Shown here piece by piece: positions 1-10,231 of a DNA stretch of 64,000 nt. Each line of letters begins with the position of its first letter. Within the stretch, counting starts at the first letter, position 1. Source of the DNA: an uncultured Candidatus Rokubacteria bacterium. GTDB taxonomy: Bacteria > Methylomirabilota > Methylomirabilia > Rokubacteriales > CSP1-6. The position numbers and the translations under genes are program-made. The notes below the pieces were generated by a model, which saw nothing but the letters and a program-made list of their open reading frames with translations, was not told the origin of the DNA and searched no databases. The DNA lies in assembly GCA_963747235.1 (NCBI GenBank), contig CAVVEU010000002.1, positions 32,001 through 96,000 on the forward strand, written 5' to 3'.

Positions 1-972
1 CGGGTGAACTGGGAGGCGCTCGAGAAGCGAATCGGCGAGAGCGAGACCGCCTACCAGCGCCCGGTCATCCGCCGGAAGATCGACGAGCTCGTGGCCTACT
101 ACCGCGACTGCAAGGACGCGGGCACCCTGCCCGCCATTCCCGGCGCGGTGATCATCACCTCCGAGAAGCGCTTCACCTTCACGCCGATGGCGAGCCAGCA
201 CGACCTGGGCCTGCTCCAGATCCCGGAGGAGCACGGCGTGCTGCGCGTGCTGGATGGCCAGCACCGGCTGCTCGCGCTGCACGCGCTGACCCAGGCGGGC
301 GAGAATCTCGGCATCGAGGTGCCCGCGGTGCTCTTCGACCGGCTGGACGCGCGCCAGATCGTCGAGCTGTTCGTCACGATCAACGCCAAGCACACGCGGC
401 TCAATCCCTCGCACATCGTGAGCCTCGCCGGGCGCAAGCTCTACCCGGATCCCAACCAGGCGCTCGCCCACGACGTGATCCGCTCGCTGAACGAGGACGA
501 GACCTCCCCGCTCTCGGGCGACATCAAGATGCTCGGCACCGGCCGCGGGCGCGTCTCGCAGGCCCCGCTCGCCGAGGAGATCGTGGACTTCCTCGACGCG
601 GTCGAGAAGATCGGCGGCGGCGCGCGCATGAACGAGGTGCGCCACCACGCCAAGCGCTTCTTCCTGAACTACATGAAGGCGGTGGCGGGCGTGTTCCCGA
701 CCGCGTGGGCCGGGCGCAAGTACTCCATCAAGACCGGCGCGGCGCTGCGCGCCTTCATCCGCGTGGCCCCCGACGTCATGGCCCGCGCCCGCGAGCTCAA
801 GCGTGACGCCTTCGACTTCCACGCCATCCGCGAGGCGGTGAAGCCCTGGAGCGACCGCCTCAAGGACCGCCGCTTCGAGACCGAGGGCGAGTGGAAGAAC
901 AAGCTGCAGGGCGGGACGCGGGGGACGGTGGAGGCGCTGACGCGGGAGCTGCGCGAGGCACTGCGCAACTAG
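1..972 (+). CDS. DGQHR-domain protein (DndB/ParB-like superfamily), 5'-truncated by window edge
   Basis: LRVLDGQHRLLAL motif, then ELFVTIN; frame is open at position 1. Confidence 0.85.
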   Translation, partial: RVNWEALEKRIGESETAYQRPVIRRKIDELVAYYRDCKDAGTLPAIPGAVIITSEKRFTFTPMASQHDLGLLQIPEEHGVLRVLDGQHRLLALHALTQAGENLGIEVPAVLFDRLDARQIVELFVTINAKHTRLNPSHIVSLAGRKLYPDPNQALAHDVIRSLNEDETSPLSGDIKMLGTGRGRVSQAPLAEEIVDFLDAVEKIGGGARMNEVRHHAKRFFLNYMKAVAGVFPTAWAGRKYSIKTGAALRAFIRVAPDVMARARELKRDAFDFHAIREAVKPWSDRLKDRRFETEGEWKNKLQGGTRGTVEALTRELREALRN

Positions 973-975
973 CTT

Positions 976-1455
976 CTAAAGCTTCAAAGGGAAGTTTGCC
1001 GCAAGAATGTCGAAGGTTTTCTGACCCGCGGGAAGCGTGGCGGTGACGGTGTCGCCGACTTTCTTGCCGATGATGGTGCGGGCGAGCGGGGACATGATCG
1101 AGATCAGCCCGCGCTTGGGATCCGCCTCGTCCGAGCCCACGATCTGGTAGATCGCCTCCTTGCCGTCCTCGTCCTCGAGGCGCACCGTGGAGCCGAAGGT
1201 CACCCGGTCCCCGGAGGTCGGCGGCTCGATCACCTCGGCGGTGCTGACCTTGCTCTCCAGATCGGAGATGCGCGCCTCGACGAAGCCCTGCCGCTCGCGC
1301 GCCGCGTGGTACTCCGCGTTCTCGCTGAGGTCGCCGTGGGCCCGCGCCTCCGCGATGGCCCGCACGATGTTGGGGCGCTCCTTCTTGAGCCGCTCCACTT
1401 CCTCCCGCAGGCGCTCGTAGCCCGGGCGCGTCATCGGCGTGCGCTGGACGCTCAT
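976..1455 (-). CDS. greA: Transcription elongation factor GreA
   Basis: [16 protein letters not shown] and [14 protein letters not shown] motifs; ATG at 1455. Confidence 0.97.
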   Translation of the reverse strand: MSVQRTPMTRPGYERLREEVERLKKERPNIVRAIAEARAHGDLSENAEYHAARERQGFVEARISDLESKVSTAEVIEPPTSGDRVTFGSTVRLEDEDGKEAIYQIVGSDEADPKRGLISIMSPLARTIIGKKVGDTVTATLPAGQKTFDILAANFPLKL

Positions 1456-2018
1456 GAGCCGGTCCATGCGCCGATCACCTCGGCGGTCCGCTTCACCTCG
1501 GCGAGGAAGCCGTTGAGGCTGCCCAGGTGCGTGCGGTGGACCTGATCGTGGGGGATGACCGCGCCGTCGGGCCCCTTGACGTCCATGGCCGCGGTGGCGT
1601 CGGAGAGCAGCGTCACCTTGAAGCCGCGATGCGCCGCTTCCCGCGCGGTGGTGTCGCAGCACATCTGGGTCATGAACCCGGAGACGATCACCCGCTCGAT
1701 GCCGAGATCCCGCAGCGCCGACTCGAGCGACGTGTTCGTGAACGAGCCCGGCAGGTGCTTGGTGATCACCGGCTCGCCCGCCACGGGCGCCACCGCGTCG
1801 TGGATCGCGAGCGCGGGGCTACCCGGCACGAAGGTGGCGGCGCCGGGCCGCTGGCTCTCGTGCACGATGTGGAAGACCGGCATCCGGCTCGCGCGCGCCC
1901 ACCGCAGGGTCTCCGCGATGCGCGCCACCGCCTTGGGCCCGTCCGGCAGCACCACCTTGCCGATCGGGGCGAAGTACTCCTGCTGGGCGTCGATGATGAG
2001 GAGCGCGGTCCTGTCCAT
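1452..2018 (-). CDS. Isochorismatase-family cysteine hydrolase
   Basis: [19 protein letters not shown] and [13 protein letters not shown] give the D-K-C triad. Confidence 0.92.
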   Translation of the reverse strand: MDRTALLIIDAQQEYFAPIGKVVLPDGPKAVARIAETLRWARASRMPVFHIVHESQRPGAATFVPGSPALAIHDAVAPVAGEPVITKHLPGSFTNTSLESALRDLGIERVIVSGFMTQMCCDTTAREAAHRGFKVTLLSDATAAMDVKGPDGAVIPHDQVHRTHLGSLNGFLAEVKRTAEVIGAWTGS

Positions 2019-2035
2019 CGCGGGGCCCTGGTCGC

Positions 2036-3952
2036 TCAGCGGGTGAGGGTGGCGGGCTGACCGCCGACCTGCACCTTCGAATCCGCGAGGCGGCCCCGGA
2101 TCCAGTTGTCCCACGCGAGCCCGCGCTTCTGCTCGAGCACCTGCTTCTCCAGCTCCGGGCGCTCCTTCTCGAGGCCGTCGGGGGCGGCCGCCGCGCGCTC
2201 CAGCGTCTTGACCACGTAGACGCCCCCGTCGGCGCGCACCGGCTCCGCGACCTGGCCCGCGGGGGTCTGCAGCGCGGCCACGAGCACGCCCCCGGGCAGG
2301 CTGCCCCGCTCCTTCGGCGGATCCGAGCGCGAGAACATCGGGATGCTCCCGGTGCTGAAGCCGTCGGCCTTGGCGGCGGCCGCGAAATCGCCGCCCTTGC
2401 CCAGCGCGGTGACCAGGGCCTTCGCCTTGTCGGTCACCTGCTGCTCGGCGCGCTCGCGCTTGATGGCTTCCACCACGCGGTCCCGGATGTCGGCCACCGG
2501 CGGCACTCCGGCCGGGATCTGCTGCACGATCTTGACGATCGCGACGCCGCCCGCGGTCTTGATCGGCGTGGAGACGCCGCCGACCGTGAGGCCGAAGAGG
2601 GTCTCGTCGAGCTGCGGATCGCGGCCCGCCTCGCCGAGCGCGTCGCCGCGGCCGAAGGTGGCCTCCTGGGCTTCGAGCCCGAGACGCTTGGCCTCGGCGG
2701 GGAAGTCCTTGGCCGAGAGCAGCGTGGCCCGCACCTCGTCGGCCCGGGTCTGCGCGGCCTGCTCGCTCTTCTGCCCGGTGAGCGTCTCCTTGATCTTGGG
2801 GGCGACGTCCTTGAGCGGGATCTTGCCGCCCTCCTTCACGTCGAGCACGCGGATCGCGTGATAGCCGAAGGGGGTGCGGACCGGGGCCGAGATCTCGCCC
2901 TTCTTGAGCGCGAAGGCGGCCTGCTCGAAGGGCGCCACCAGCTCGCCGGGTCCCACGAAGCCCAGGTCGCCGCCCTGGACCGCGCTGGCCTTGTCCTCGG
3001 AGAGCTCGCGGGCGAGCTTGGCGAAGTCCTCGCCACCCTTCGCGCGCTTGATGACGTCCTCCACCTTGGCCTTCGCCGCGTTCTCCGCGTCGCTGCCACC
3101 CACCGGCGGCACCCGCACGAGCACGTGGGCCACCCGCAGGCGCTTCGGCTCGTCGAATTCGGCGGCGTGCTCCTTGTAATAGGCCTCCACCTCCGCGTCC
3201 GACACGGTGACCGCGAGCTTCTTGGGGTTGAGGATCACGTACTGCAGCTTCCGCCGCTCGGGCTGGCTGAACTGCGGCTGGTGCGCCTTCACGTAGGGCT
3301 CGAGGTCCGCGTCGGCCACCTGCACCGCGGCCATCACCGGCTTCACGTCCGCGTAGGCCCACGCGGCGCGCACGCGCTCGTGCCGCTGGCGGTAGGCCTG
3401 CTGGACCTCCTCGTCGGACACCTTCACGCCCTGCTTGATCAGGCCCTCCATCTTGCGGCGCACGAGCTGCCGGCGGACCTCGTTCTCGAACTCGCCCGGA
3501 TCGAGCCGGAGCTGCTTCAGCACCTTGATGTACTCGTCGCGCGAGAAGCGCCCGGCTTCCTGGAACTCGCGGATCTGCTGGATGGTGGTGCGGAGCTCGT
3601 CGTCGCTCACGAGCACGCCTTCCTTGGCCGCGCCCTGGATCACCACCGCCTCGGTGACGAGCTCGTTGACCACCTGCTGCGAGAGGCCGAGCCGCTCCGC
3701 GAGCTCGGGGGTGAGGCGCTGGCGGGACATCCGCTCGTAGGCCGCGATGATGTTGGCCTGGGCGCGCCGGAACCGCTCGAACGGGATCTCCTCGCCGTTG
3801 ACCACCGCCACCGTGTTGGCCGGGGCGCCGCCGGAGGGGCCGCTGCCCCAGTAGAAGAGCACGCCCGAGGTCAGGATGAAGACCACGACGACGATCAGGA
3901 GCACGATCTTCAGGCTCCTGGCGTATTCACGCATCATGCTGATCACTGCCAC
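2036..3952 (-). CDS. ppiD: SurA-N/parvulin peptidyl-prolyl isomerase (PpiD-like)
   Basis: N-terminal TM anchor, VAVVNGEEI, parvulin motifs DFAKLARELSED, GGDLG, TPFGYH; AGGAGG SD favours the GTG at 3946. Confidence 0.88.
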   Translation of the reverse strand: MAVISMMREYARSLKIVLLIVVVVFILTSGVLFYWGSGPSGGAPANTVAVVNGEEIPFERFRRAQANIIAAYERMSRQRLTPELAERLGLSQQVVNELVTEAVVIQGAAKEGVLVSDDELRTTIQQIREFQEAGRFSRDEYIKVLKQLRLDPGEFENEVRRQLVRRKMEGLIKQGVKVSDEEVQQAYRQRHERVRAAWAYADVKPVMAAVQVADADLEPYVKAHQPQFSQPERRKLQYVILNPKKLAVTVSDAEVEAYYKEHAAEFDEPKRLRVAHVLVRVPPVGGSDAENAAKAKVEDVIKRAKGGEDFAKLARELSEDKASAVQGGDLGFVGPGELVAPFEQAAFALKKGEISAPVRTPFGYHAIRVLDVKEGGKIPLKDVAPKIKETLTGQKSEQAAQTRADEVRATLLSAKDFPAEAKRLGLEAQEATFGRGDALGEAGRDPQLDETLFGLTVGGVSTPIKTAGGVAIVKIVQQIPAGVPPVADIRDRVVEAIKRERAEQQVTDKAKALVTALGKGGDFAAAAKADGFSTGSIPMFSRSDPPKERGSLPGGVLVAALQTPAGQVAEPVRADGGVYVVKTLERAAAAPDGLEKERPELEKQVLEQKRGLAWDNWIRGRLADSKVQVGGQPATLTR

Positions 3953-3958
3953 GACCTC

Positions 3959-3994
3959 CTAGAACTTGGGCTAGAACTTTGGCTAGAAATTGGT
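3959..3994. repeat. Three imperfect 12-bp tandem repeats in the ppiD leader
   Basis: ctagaacttggg / ctagaactttgg / ctagaaattggt. Confidence 0.8.
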
Positions 3995-4047
3995 GAACGC
4001 GGTCAAGGCCTTAGCCTACCACAGCCCGCCCCGCGTCCCGGCCGGCC

Positions 4048-5434
4048 TCAGCCGGCGAGCAGGCGCTGGATCAGGGGCAGGGCGAAGTAGATCACGAAGG
4101 CGAGCGCCGCCGCGTACATCATCGGCGCCACCTCGCGCCCGCGGCCGCGGACGAGCTTGATGAAGCAGTAGCTCACGAAGCCGGCCCCGATCCCGTTGGT
4201 GATCGAGTAGGTGAACGCCATCATGGTCAGGGTCAGGAGGGCCGGGAACCCCTCCTCGAAGTCGTCGAAGGGGATCTCGCGCACGAGGCGGCTCATCAGG
4301 TAGCCGACCACGATGAGGGCCGGCGCGGTGGCCTGGGCCGGGACGACGCCGGCCAGCGGCGCGAAGAAGAGCGCGAGGAGGAAGCAGGCGCCGGTCACCA
4401 CCGAGGCCAGCCCGGTGCGCGCGCCCGCGGCCACGCCGGCCGCCGACTCGATGTAGGTCGTGGCGGACGACGCGCCCGCCGCGCCGCCCGCCACCGCGCC
4501 CAGCGAGTCCACCAGCAGCACGCGATTGAGCCGCGGCAGGCGGCCGTCCGGCGTGAGCCAGCCCGCCTCGCCGCCGATCCCGATCACGGTGCCCATGGTG
4601 TCGAAGAAGTCCGAGAGCATCAGCGAGAAGATCGTGACCAGCGCGGTGATGAGCCCGAGCCGGACGAAGACCGAGAAATCGAAGCCGGCGCCCAGGCTCG
4701 AGAAGTCGGGCAGCGCCACCAGCGCCGTCGGCCACACCGCCTGCCCGGGCAGCGGGAAGGCGCGGCCGACCGTGGCGGTGTTGACCGCGATGGCGAGAAC
4801 GGTGGTCACCAGGATGCCGACCAGGAGCGCCCCGGTGAACTTTCTCGCGGTCAGCCAGACGGTCAGCAGCAGGCCGAAGAGCGCCACCGCCACCGGGGCG
4901 GCGGTGAGATCGCCCAGCGTGACCGGCACGCCCGGCGGGCCCGGCTTCACGATGCCGGCCGCGCCGAGCCCGATGAAGAGGATGAACAGCCCGATGCCCA
5001 CGCCGATGGCGCGCTTCAGCGTCGCGCGGGATCGCGTGCATGATCGCCTCGCGGAAGCCGGTGAGCACCAGCACCGTGATCGCGAGCCCCTCCAGCAGCA
5101 CCACGCCCATCGCGGCCGTCCAGGGCAGCTTGAGCGTGGCCACGAGCTGGAAGGCGACCACCGCGTTGATGCCCATGCCCGAGGCGATCGCCAGCGGGTA
5201 ATTGGTGGCCAACCCCATGGCAATGGTCAGCGCGCCCGCCACGAGGCAGGTGGCGGCCTGGGTGGCCGCGAACGCCGGGCCCTGGCCGGCCAGGGGCGGG
5301 ATGCCCGCGAACGAGAGGATCGCGGGATTCACGAAGATGATGTAGGCCATCACCATGAAGGTGGTGAGGCCGCCGCGGATCTCGCCGCCCACCGTCGCGC
5401 GGCGCCGGCTCAGCTCGAACCAGCGCTCGAGCAC
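4048..5434 (-). CDS. NCS2/AzgA-type purine permease (single indel near 5025)
   Basis: GLTTFMVMAYIIFVNP, DFFDTMGT and TYIESAAG split over two frames. Confidence 0.9.
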
Positions 5435-5437
5435 CGG

Positions 5438-6267
5438 TCAGTCGCTTTCCGGGTCCGCCACCCGCGGGAGGGCGACACCCTCTTCCGGCACCACGCGCCG
5501 GGCCACCGTGAGGAACCCGGTGTGCGCGACCATCCGGTGGAACGGACGCACCGACGTGCCGTCGATGTTCCACGGCCGCAGCAGCGTCTCGAACGTCTCC
5601 ACGAGCGCGTAGCCGCGGTTGCGGCGGAGCGTCTCGGTGAGCGTGTGCGACTGGATGATCGTCGGCAGGTAGGAGAGGAAGATCCCGCCGGGCCGCAGCA
5701 CGGTCGCCACCAGGTCCACGAGCTTCCAGGGCTCCGGCAGGTCGAAGACGGCGCGATCCACCGGCTCTTCCTCGGGGAGGCCATCCTCGACCGGGCGGAT
5801 GCGCACGTTCAGGTTGCCGACCTCGCCCATGCGCATGTGGATGTTGGCCAGGGCGCGGCGGCAGAAATCCTCGCGCTGCTCGTAGCTCACCACGCGGCCC
5901 TCGGGCCCACCGCGCGCAGCAGCGCGAGCGTGAGCGCGCCCGAGCCCATGCCGGCCTCGAGCACGCGGGCGCCCGGGAAGATGTCGGCCCAGAACATGAC
6001 CATCGCCAGGTCCTTGGGATAGATCACCTGGGCGCCGCGCGGCATGTCGAGCACGTACTCGGCCAGCGTGGGACGCAGCGCGAGATACCGCGTGCCCTTG
6101 GAGGTGCGCACCCAGGAGCCGTCGGGGTGCCCGATGATGGCCTCGTGGGTCACCCAGCCCCGGTCGGAGTGGTAGGTGTCGCCCGTGCGCAGCAGCAGCA
6201 GATGCCGCCGACCACGCTGGTCGATCAGCAGGACCTGCTCGCCGTCCTGGAACTTATCCGACGCCAC
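5438..6267 (-). CDS. trmI: tRNA (adenine-58-N1)-methyltransferase (single indel near 5900)
   Basis: MPRGAQVIYPKD, VLEAGMGSGALT, DLPEPW, HTGFL. Confidence 0.92.
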
Positions 6268-7483
6268 CGGTCTTGGGATCCGGGAGGAACAGGGCGACCA
6301 GGAAACCGGCCAGCGGCATGACCGCGGAGATGCCGAGGGCCGCCGTGAGCCCCCAGTGATCGGCCACCCACCCGAGCGCGCTCGCGCCGACGCCGCCCGC
6401 GCCGATCGCGAAGCCGACGATGAGTCCGGAGGCCATGCCCGGATGCTTGGGCAGATAGGCCTGGCCGAGCACCACCGACACCGTGAAGGTCGACACGAGC
6501 ACGAAGCCCAGCAGGCCCAGGAGCACGAACACGAGCGGGCCGCCGGTCACGAACAGGAAGCCCACCGCGAGCGGGGTGGCGAGCAGGAACACGCTGACCA
6601 CGTAGCGTCGCACGCCGACCCGATCCGCGATGGGTCCGGCCGCGAGCGTGCCGACGACGCCCGCGCCCAGGAACACCGCGAGCAGGGTGCCGACCAGCCG
6701 CGGGTCGCCGTGCAGCACGTCCTTCCAGTAGAACGGCATGAACGTCGTGAAGCCGAGCTGCGTCCACGAGCGGATCGCGACCACCAGGATCAGCAGGCTC
6801 ATCGCGCCGACCATGGTCTGGGCGCCCGCCGCGCTCGCGCGGTCGCGGGCCACCGTGGGCGCGGGCGCGGACAGCCGCGGCAGCACCGCGGTGAGCAATG
6901 CGGCCACGAGGAGTCCCGGGATCAGCATGCCGAGGCTGCCGGGCAGGCCGTAGGTGGTGAGCAGCACCGTGAGCAGCGGCGGGCCCAGCGCGATGCCGAT
7001 ATTGCCGCCGGTGGAGAAGATCGAGACCCCGGTGGCCTTGCGATCGCCCGCCACCGCGGTGGCGGTGCGGTAGCCCTCCGGATGGTAGGCGGCGACGCCG
7101 AAGCCGGTGATCACCACCAGCGCGAGCACGGCGCCGTAGGACGGCGCCAGCCCGAGAAAGCCCAGGCCTATCGCGGAGAGGAGCACCGAGATCGGCAGCA
7201 GCCAGCGCCGCGCCGTCTTGTCGGCCAGGTAGCCGAAGAGCGGCTGGATCAGCGACGAGGTGATGTTCGCGGCCAGGACGATCAGGCCGGTGGCCGCGTA
7301 CGAGAGATTGAGCGCGTCCTTGAGGAACGGCAGGATGACCGGGAACGAGCCCTGGTTGATGTCGATGACCATGTGGCCCAGGGCCAGGAAGCCGAGCAGC
7401 CGCATGTCCGGCTTCACGCGCGCGGCGGGAGCGCGCCCGGGGCGGGCAGGGCAACGGCCGCGGCACGACGAGTCAGGAGTCAT
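6254..7483 (-). CDS. MFS transporter, Fsr (fosmidomycin resistance)-like
   Basis: HMVIDINQG, SSLIQPLFGYLADK, AYHPEG; about 12 TM segments. Confidence 0.9.
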   Translation of the reverse strand: MTPDSSCRGRCPARPGRAPAARVKPDMRLLGFLALGHMVIDINQGSFPVILPFLKDALNLSYAATGLIVLAANITSSLIQPLFGYLADKTARRWLLPISVLLSAIGLGFLGLAPSYGAVLALVVITGFGVAAYHPEGYRTATAVAGDRKATGVSIFSTGGNIGIALGPPLLTVLLTTYGLPGSLGMLIPGLLVAALLTAVLPRLSAPAPTVARDRASAAGAQTMVGAMSLLILVVAIRSWTQLGFTTFMPFYWKDVLHGDPRLVGTLLAVFLGAGVVGTLAAGPIADRVGVRRYVVSVFLLATPLAVGFLFVTGGPLVFVLLGLLGFVLVSTFTVSVVLGQAYLPKHPGMASGLIVGFAIGAGGVGASALGWVADHWGLTAALGISAVMPLAGFLVALFLPDPKTGGVG

Positions 7484-7509
7484 AGGGCCCTATGCTACAC
7501 CAGGCTGCG

Positions 7510-7595
7510 CCCCTCACCCTGCCCTCTCCCCTCAGGGGAGAGGGTGGCCACGCGCGACTCCCTCTCCCCGCTGGGGAGAGGGCCGGGGTAAGGGG
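7510..7595. repeat. REP-like double-hairpin palindromic element (CCCTCTCCCC-n-GGGGAGAGGG)
   Basis: Two inverted units flanked by CCCTCACCC and GGGGTAAGGGG; related copy at 52408-52440. Confidence 0.85.
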
Positions 7596-7599
7596 TGAT

Positions 7600-8775
7600 C
7601 TAGATACCGAAGGCGTCGAGGCCCGTGATGTCGCGGCCCACGATCAGGGTGTGGATGTCGTGGGTGCCCTCGTAGGTGTTCACGGTCTCCAGATTCATCA
7701 TGTGCCGGATGATCGGGTGCTCGTCCACGATGCCGGCCGCGCCCAGGATGTCCCGCGCGAGCCGCGCGCCGTCGAGCGCCATCTGCACGTTGTTCATCTT
7801 GGCCATCGAGATCTGCTGCGGCCGCACCCGGCCCGCGTCCTTGAGCTGGCCGAGCCGGAGGCAGAGGAGCTGGGCCTTGGTGATCTCGGTGATCATCCAC
7901 ACGAGCTTCTGCTGCACGAGCTGGAACGAGCCGATCGGCTTGTTGAACTGGATGCGCTGCTGGGAGTACTGGAGCGACCAGTCGTAGCAGGCCATCGCGG
8001 CGCCGATGGCGCCCCACGCGATGCCGTAGCGCGCCTGGGAGAGGCAGGAGAGCGGGCCCTTGAGCCCCTTCACCCCGGGCAGCTTGTTCTCCAGCGGGAT
8101 GCGGCAGTCCGCGAAGGCCAGCTCGGAGGTGATGGACGCGCGCATCGAGAACTTCCCGTGGATGTCCATCGTGCTGTAGCCCGGCGTGCCCTTCTCCACC
8201 AGATAGCCGCCGATCTCGCCGTCGTCGCCCTTGGCCCACACCACCGCCACGTCGGACACCGAGCCGTTGGTGATCCAGAGCTTGGTGCCGTTCAGCACGT
8301 ACTCGTTGCCCTTCTTCTGGGCGCGCGTCTTCATCCCGCCCGGGTCGGAGCCGTGGTCGGGCTCGGTGAGGCCGAAGCAGCCGAGCGCGGCGCCGGACTG
8401 CAGCCGCGGCAGCCACTTCTCCTTCTGCGCGTCGGAGCCGTAGCTGTAGATCGGGTACATGACGAGGCCGCTCTGCACCGAGGCGAAGGACCGCAGGCCC
8501 GAATCGCCGCGCTCCAGCTCCTGCATGATGAGCCCGTAGGCCACGTTGTCGAGGCCGGCGCAGCCGTAGCCCTTGAGCGTGGCGCCGAACACGCCCATCT
8601 CGCCCAGGTCCTTCGCGAGCTCCAGGGGGAAGGTGCCGTCGCGGTGGTGCTGGCTCACGATGGGGAGGAACTTCGCCTCGACCCAGTCGCGGACCGCGTC
8701 GCGCATCATGCGCTGCTCTTCGGTCAGGAGCTCGTCGAACCCGTAGTAGTCCACGCCGCGGAACTTTTCCATCAC
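7600..8775 (-). CDS. gcdH: Acyl-CoA dehydrogenase, glutaryl-CoA dehydrogenase type
   Basis: ELERGDSGLRSFASVQ, CFGLTEPDHGSDP, TYEGTHDIH. Confidence 0.88.
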   Translation of the reverse strand: MMEKFRGVDYYGFDELLTEEQRMMRDAVRDWVEAKFLPIVSQHHRDGTFPLELAKDLGEMGVFGATLKGYGCAGLDNVAYGLIMQELERGDSGLRSFASVQSGLVMYPIYSYGSDAQKEKWLPRLQSGAALGCFGLTEPDHGSDPGGMKTRAQKKGNEYVLNGTKLWITNGSVSDVAVVWAKGDDGEIGGYLVEKGTPGYSTMDIHGKFSMRASITSELAFADCRIPLENKLPGVKGLKGPLSCLSQARYGIAWGAIGAAMACYDWSLQYSQQRIQFNKPIGSFQLVQQKLVWMITEITKAQLLCLRLGQLKDAGRVRPQQISMAKMNNVQMALDGARLARDILGAAGIVDEHPIIRHMMNLETVNTYEGTHDIHTLIVGRDITGLDAFGI

Positions 8776-8797
8776 GCTGTCCTTGCTCGATCTGGAG

Positions 8798-10201
8798 TTA
8801 AAGGTTGGTGGGGTGCGCGGGGCGGTCCTCGCCGAGCGCCTCGTTCAGCGCGCGGGCGAGCTGCTGATCGTGCTCGTGGCTCATCGCGAAGATCCGGCAC
8901 TGGGCCACCTTGCCGGGCAGGTACTTCAGCAGCTCCTTGAGCGGCTCGGCCGACACGCTGCGGTCCGCCGCGTCGTACACGTAGATCTGCCGGTCCTTCA
9001 TGCCGATCGGGTTCAGCGGGCGCGGATCCTGCTGGGCCATGTCGATCTTGAACGGGAAGTTGCGGAGCCCGGGCGGCAGGAGGTCCTTCACCCGCTGCTC
9101 GACCTCCTCCGCCTTCATGAAGCTCTGCCCGCGGCGCGGCTCGAAGAGATCGAGGACCACCTCGTGGGACATCCGCCACTTGAGCCGGCGGTCGAGGATC
9201 TGCCGCCACTCCCGGCCGAGATCGCGGCGCTCCCCGTCGTCGGAGTGCTCCCAGCGCGCGACCTCCTCGAGCAGCGTCCACTCCGTCATGTTGAGATACG
9301 GCTGGAGCTCCTTGTTGAGGTCGTGGGGGAAGATCAGCCGCATGGTGTCGCGGAAGATGTCCTTGAGGTGCAGGTCGATGCCGCGCGTCGTCCGGTGGTA
9401 GTAGACGTTGGTGTAGAGGTAGAACCGCGCGTTCAGGAACATGATGAACGCCTGGATGCCGCCGCGATCGAGCGTGAGCCCCTTCTCGCTGAAGAAGGAG
9501 TAGTACATGATGCGCTCGATGTCGATCGGCCCCACCGCGACCCCGCACATGTAGGAGTCGCGCAGCACGTAGTCCATGTTGTCGGCGGTGTAGATGCCCG
9601 AGAGCAGCGGCTTGAGATGCGCGAGCCAGCGCGGGTGCTCGGCGGTGGGAAACGTGTAGCTCTTGCCCATCAGGTAGCAGATCCACTCCGGGTCGATGCG
9701 CTCGCCGTTCTCGAAGGGGCCCGACGGGCTGCGCCGGAGCCCGCGGATCAGCTCGCCCAGCTCTTCTCTGATGATGCGTTGCCCCACCTTCTCGTGGGTG
9801 AGGTCGAAGTCGGCCAGGAAATTATCGTCGAAGAAGTGGCCGAAGGGGCCGTGGCCCACGTCGTGGAGCAGGCCCGCCATGCGGAGCAGCTCCTCGAAGA
9901 GCGGCGCCGACGGGCCGTCGGAGAACTCGGCCTTGAGCGAGGCGTGGAGCTGCTGGGCGAAGCGCCCGGCCAGGTGCATCGCGCCCAGCGAGTGCTGGAA
10001 GCGGCTGTGCTCGGCGGCCGGGAACACCCAGCGCGCGGACTGCAGCTGCGGCACCCGCCGCAGGCGCTGCATCCAGGCCGAGTCGATGAGGTCCTGCTCG
10101 GTGGCTTCCCCGGGCACCCCGTCGGGCCGCGTGTAGAGGATGTACTGGTGAATCGGGTCGGCGATGAGACCACGACCCTGGTAGGTGTCCACGCCCTTCA
10201 T
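8798..10201 (-). CDS. HD-domain phosphohydrolase, SAMHD1-like dNTP triphosphohydrolase
   Basis: QRLRRVPQL, EHSRFQHSLG, LLHDVGHGPFGH, ADNMDYVLRD. Confidence 0.9.
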   Translation of the reverse strand: MKGVDTYQGRGLIADPIHQYILYTRPDGVPGEATEQDLIDSAWMQRLRRVPQLQSARWVFPAAEHSRFQHSLGAMHLAGRFAQQLHASLKAEFSDGPSAPLFEELLRMAGLLHDVGHGPFGHFFDDNFLADFDLTHEKVGQRIIREELGELIRGLRRSPSGPFENGERIDPEWICYLMGKSYTFPTAEHPRWLAHLKPLLSGIYTADNMDYVLRDSYMCGVAVGPIDIERIMYYSFFSEKGLTLDRGGIQAFIMFLNARFYLYTNVYYHRTTRGIDLHLKDIFRDTMRLIFPHDLNKELQPYLNMTEWTLLEEVARWEHSDDGERRDLGREWRQILDRRLKWRMSHEVVLDLFEPRRGQSFMKAEEVEQRVKDLLPPGLRNFPFKIDMAQQDPRPLNPIGMKDRQIYVYDAADRSVSAEPLKELLKYLPGKVAQCRIFAMSHEHDQQLARALNEALGEDRPAHPTNL

Positions 10202-10231
10202 GGCTAGAGCCTAACCTACTTGGAGCCCAAC

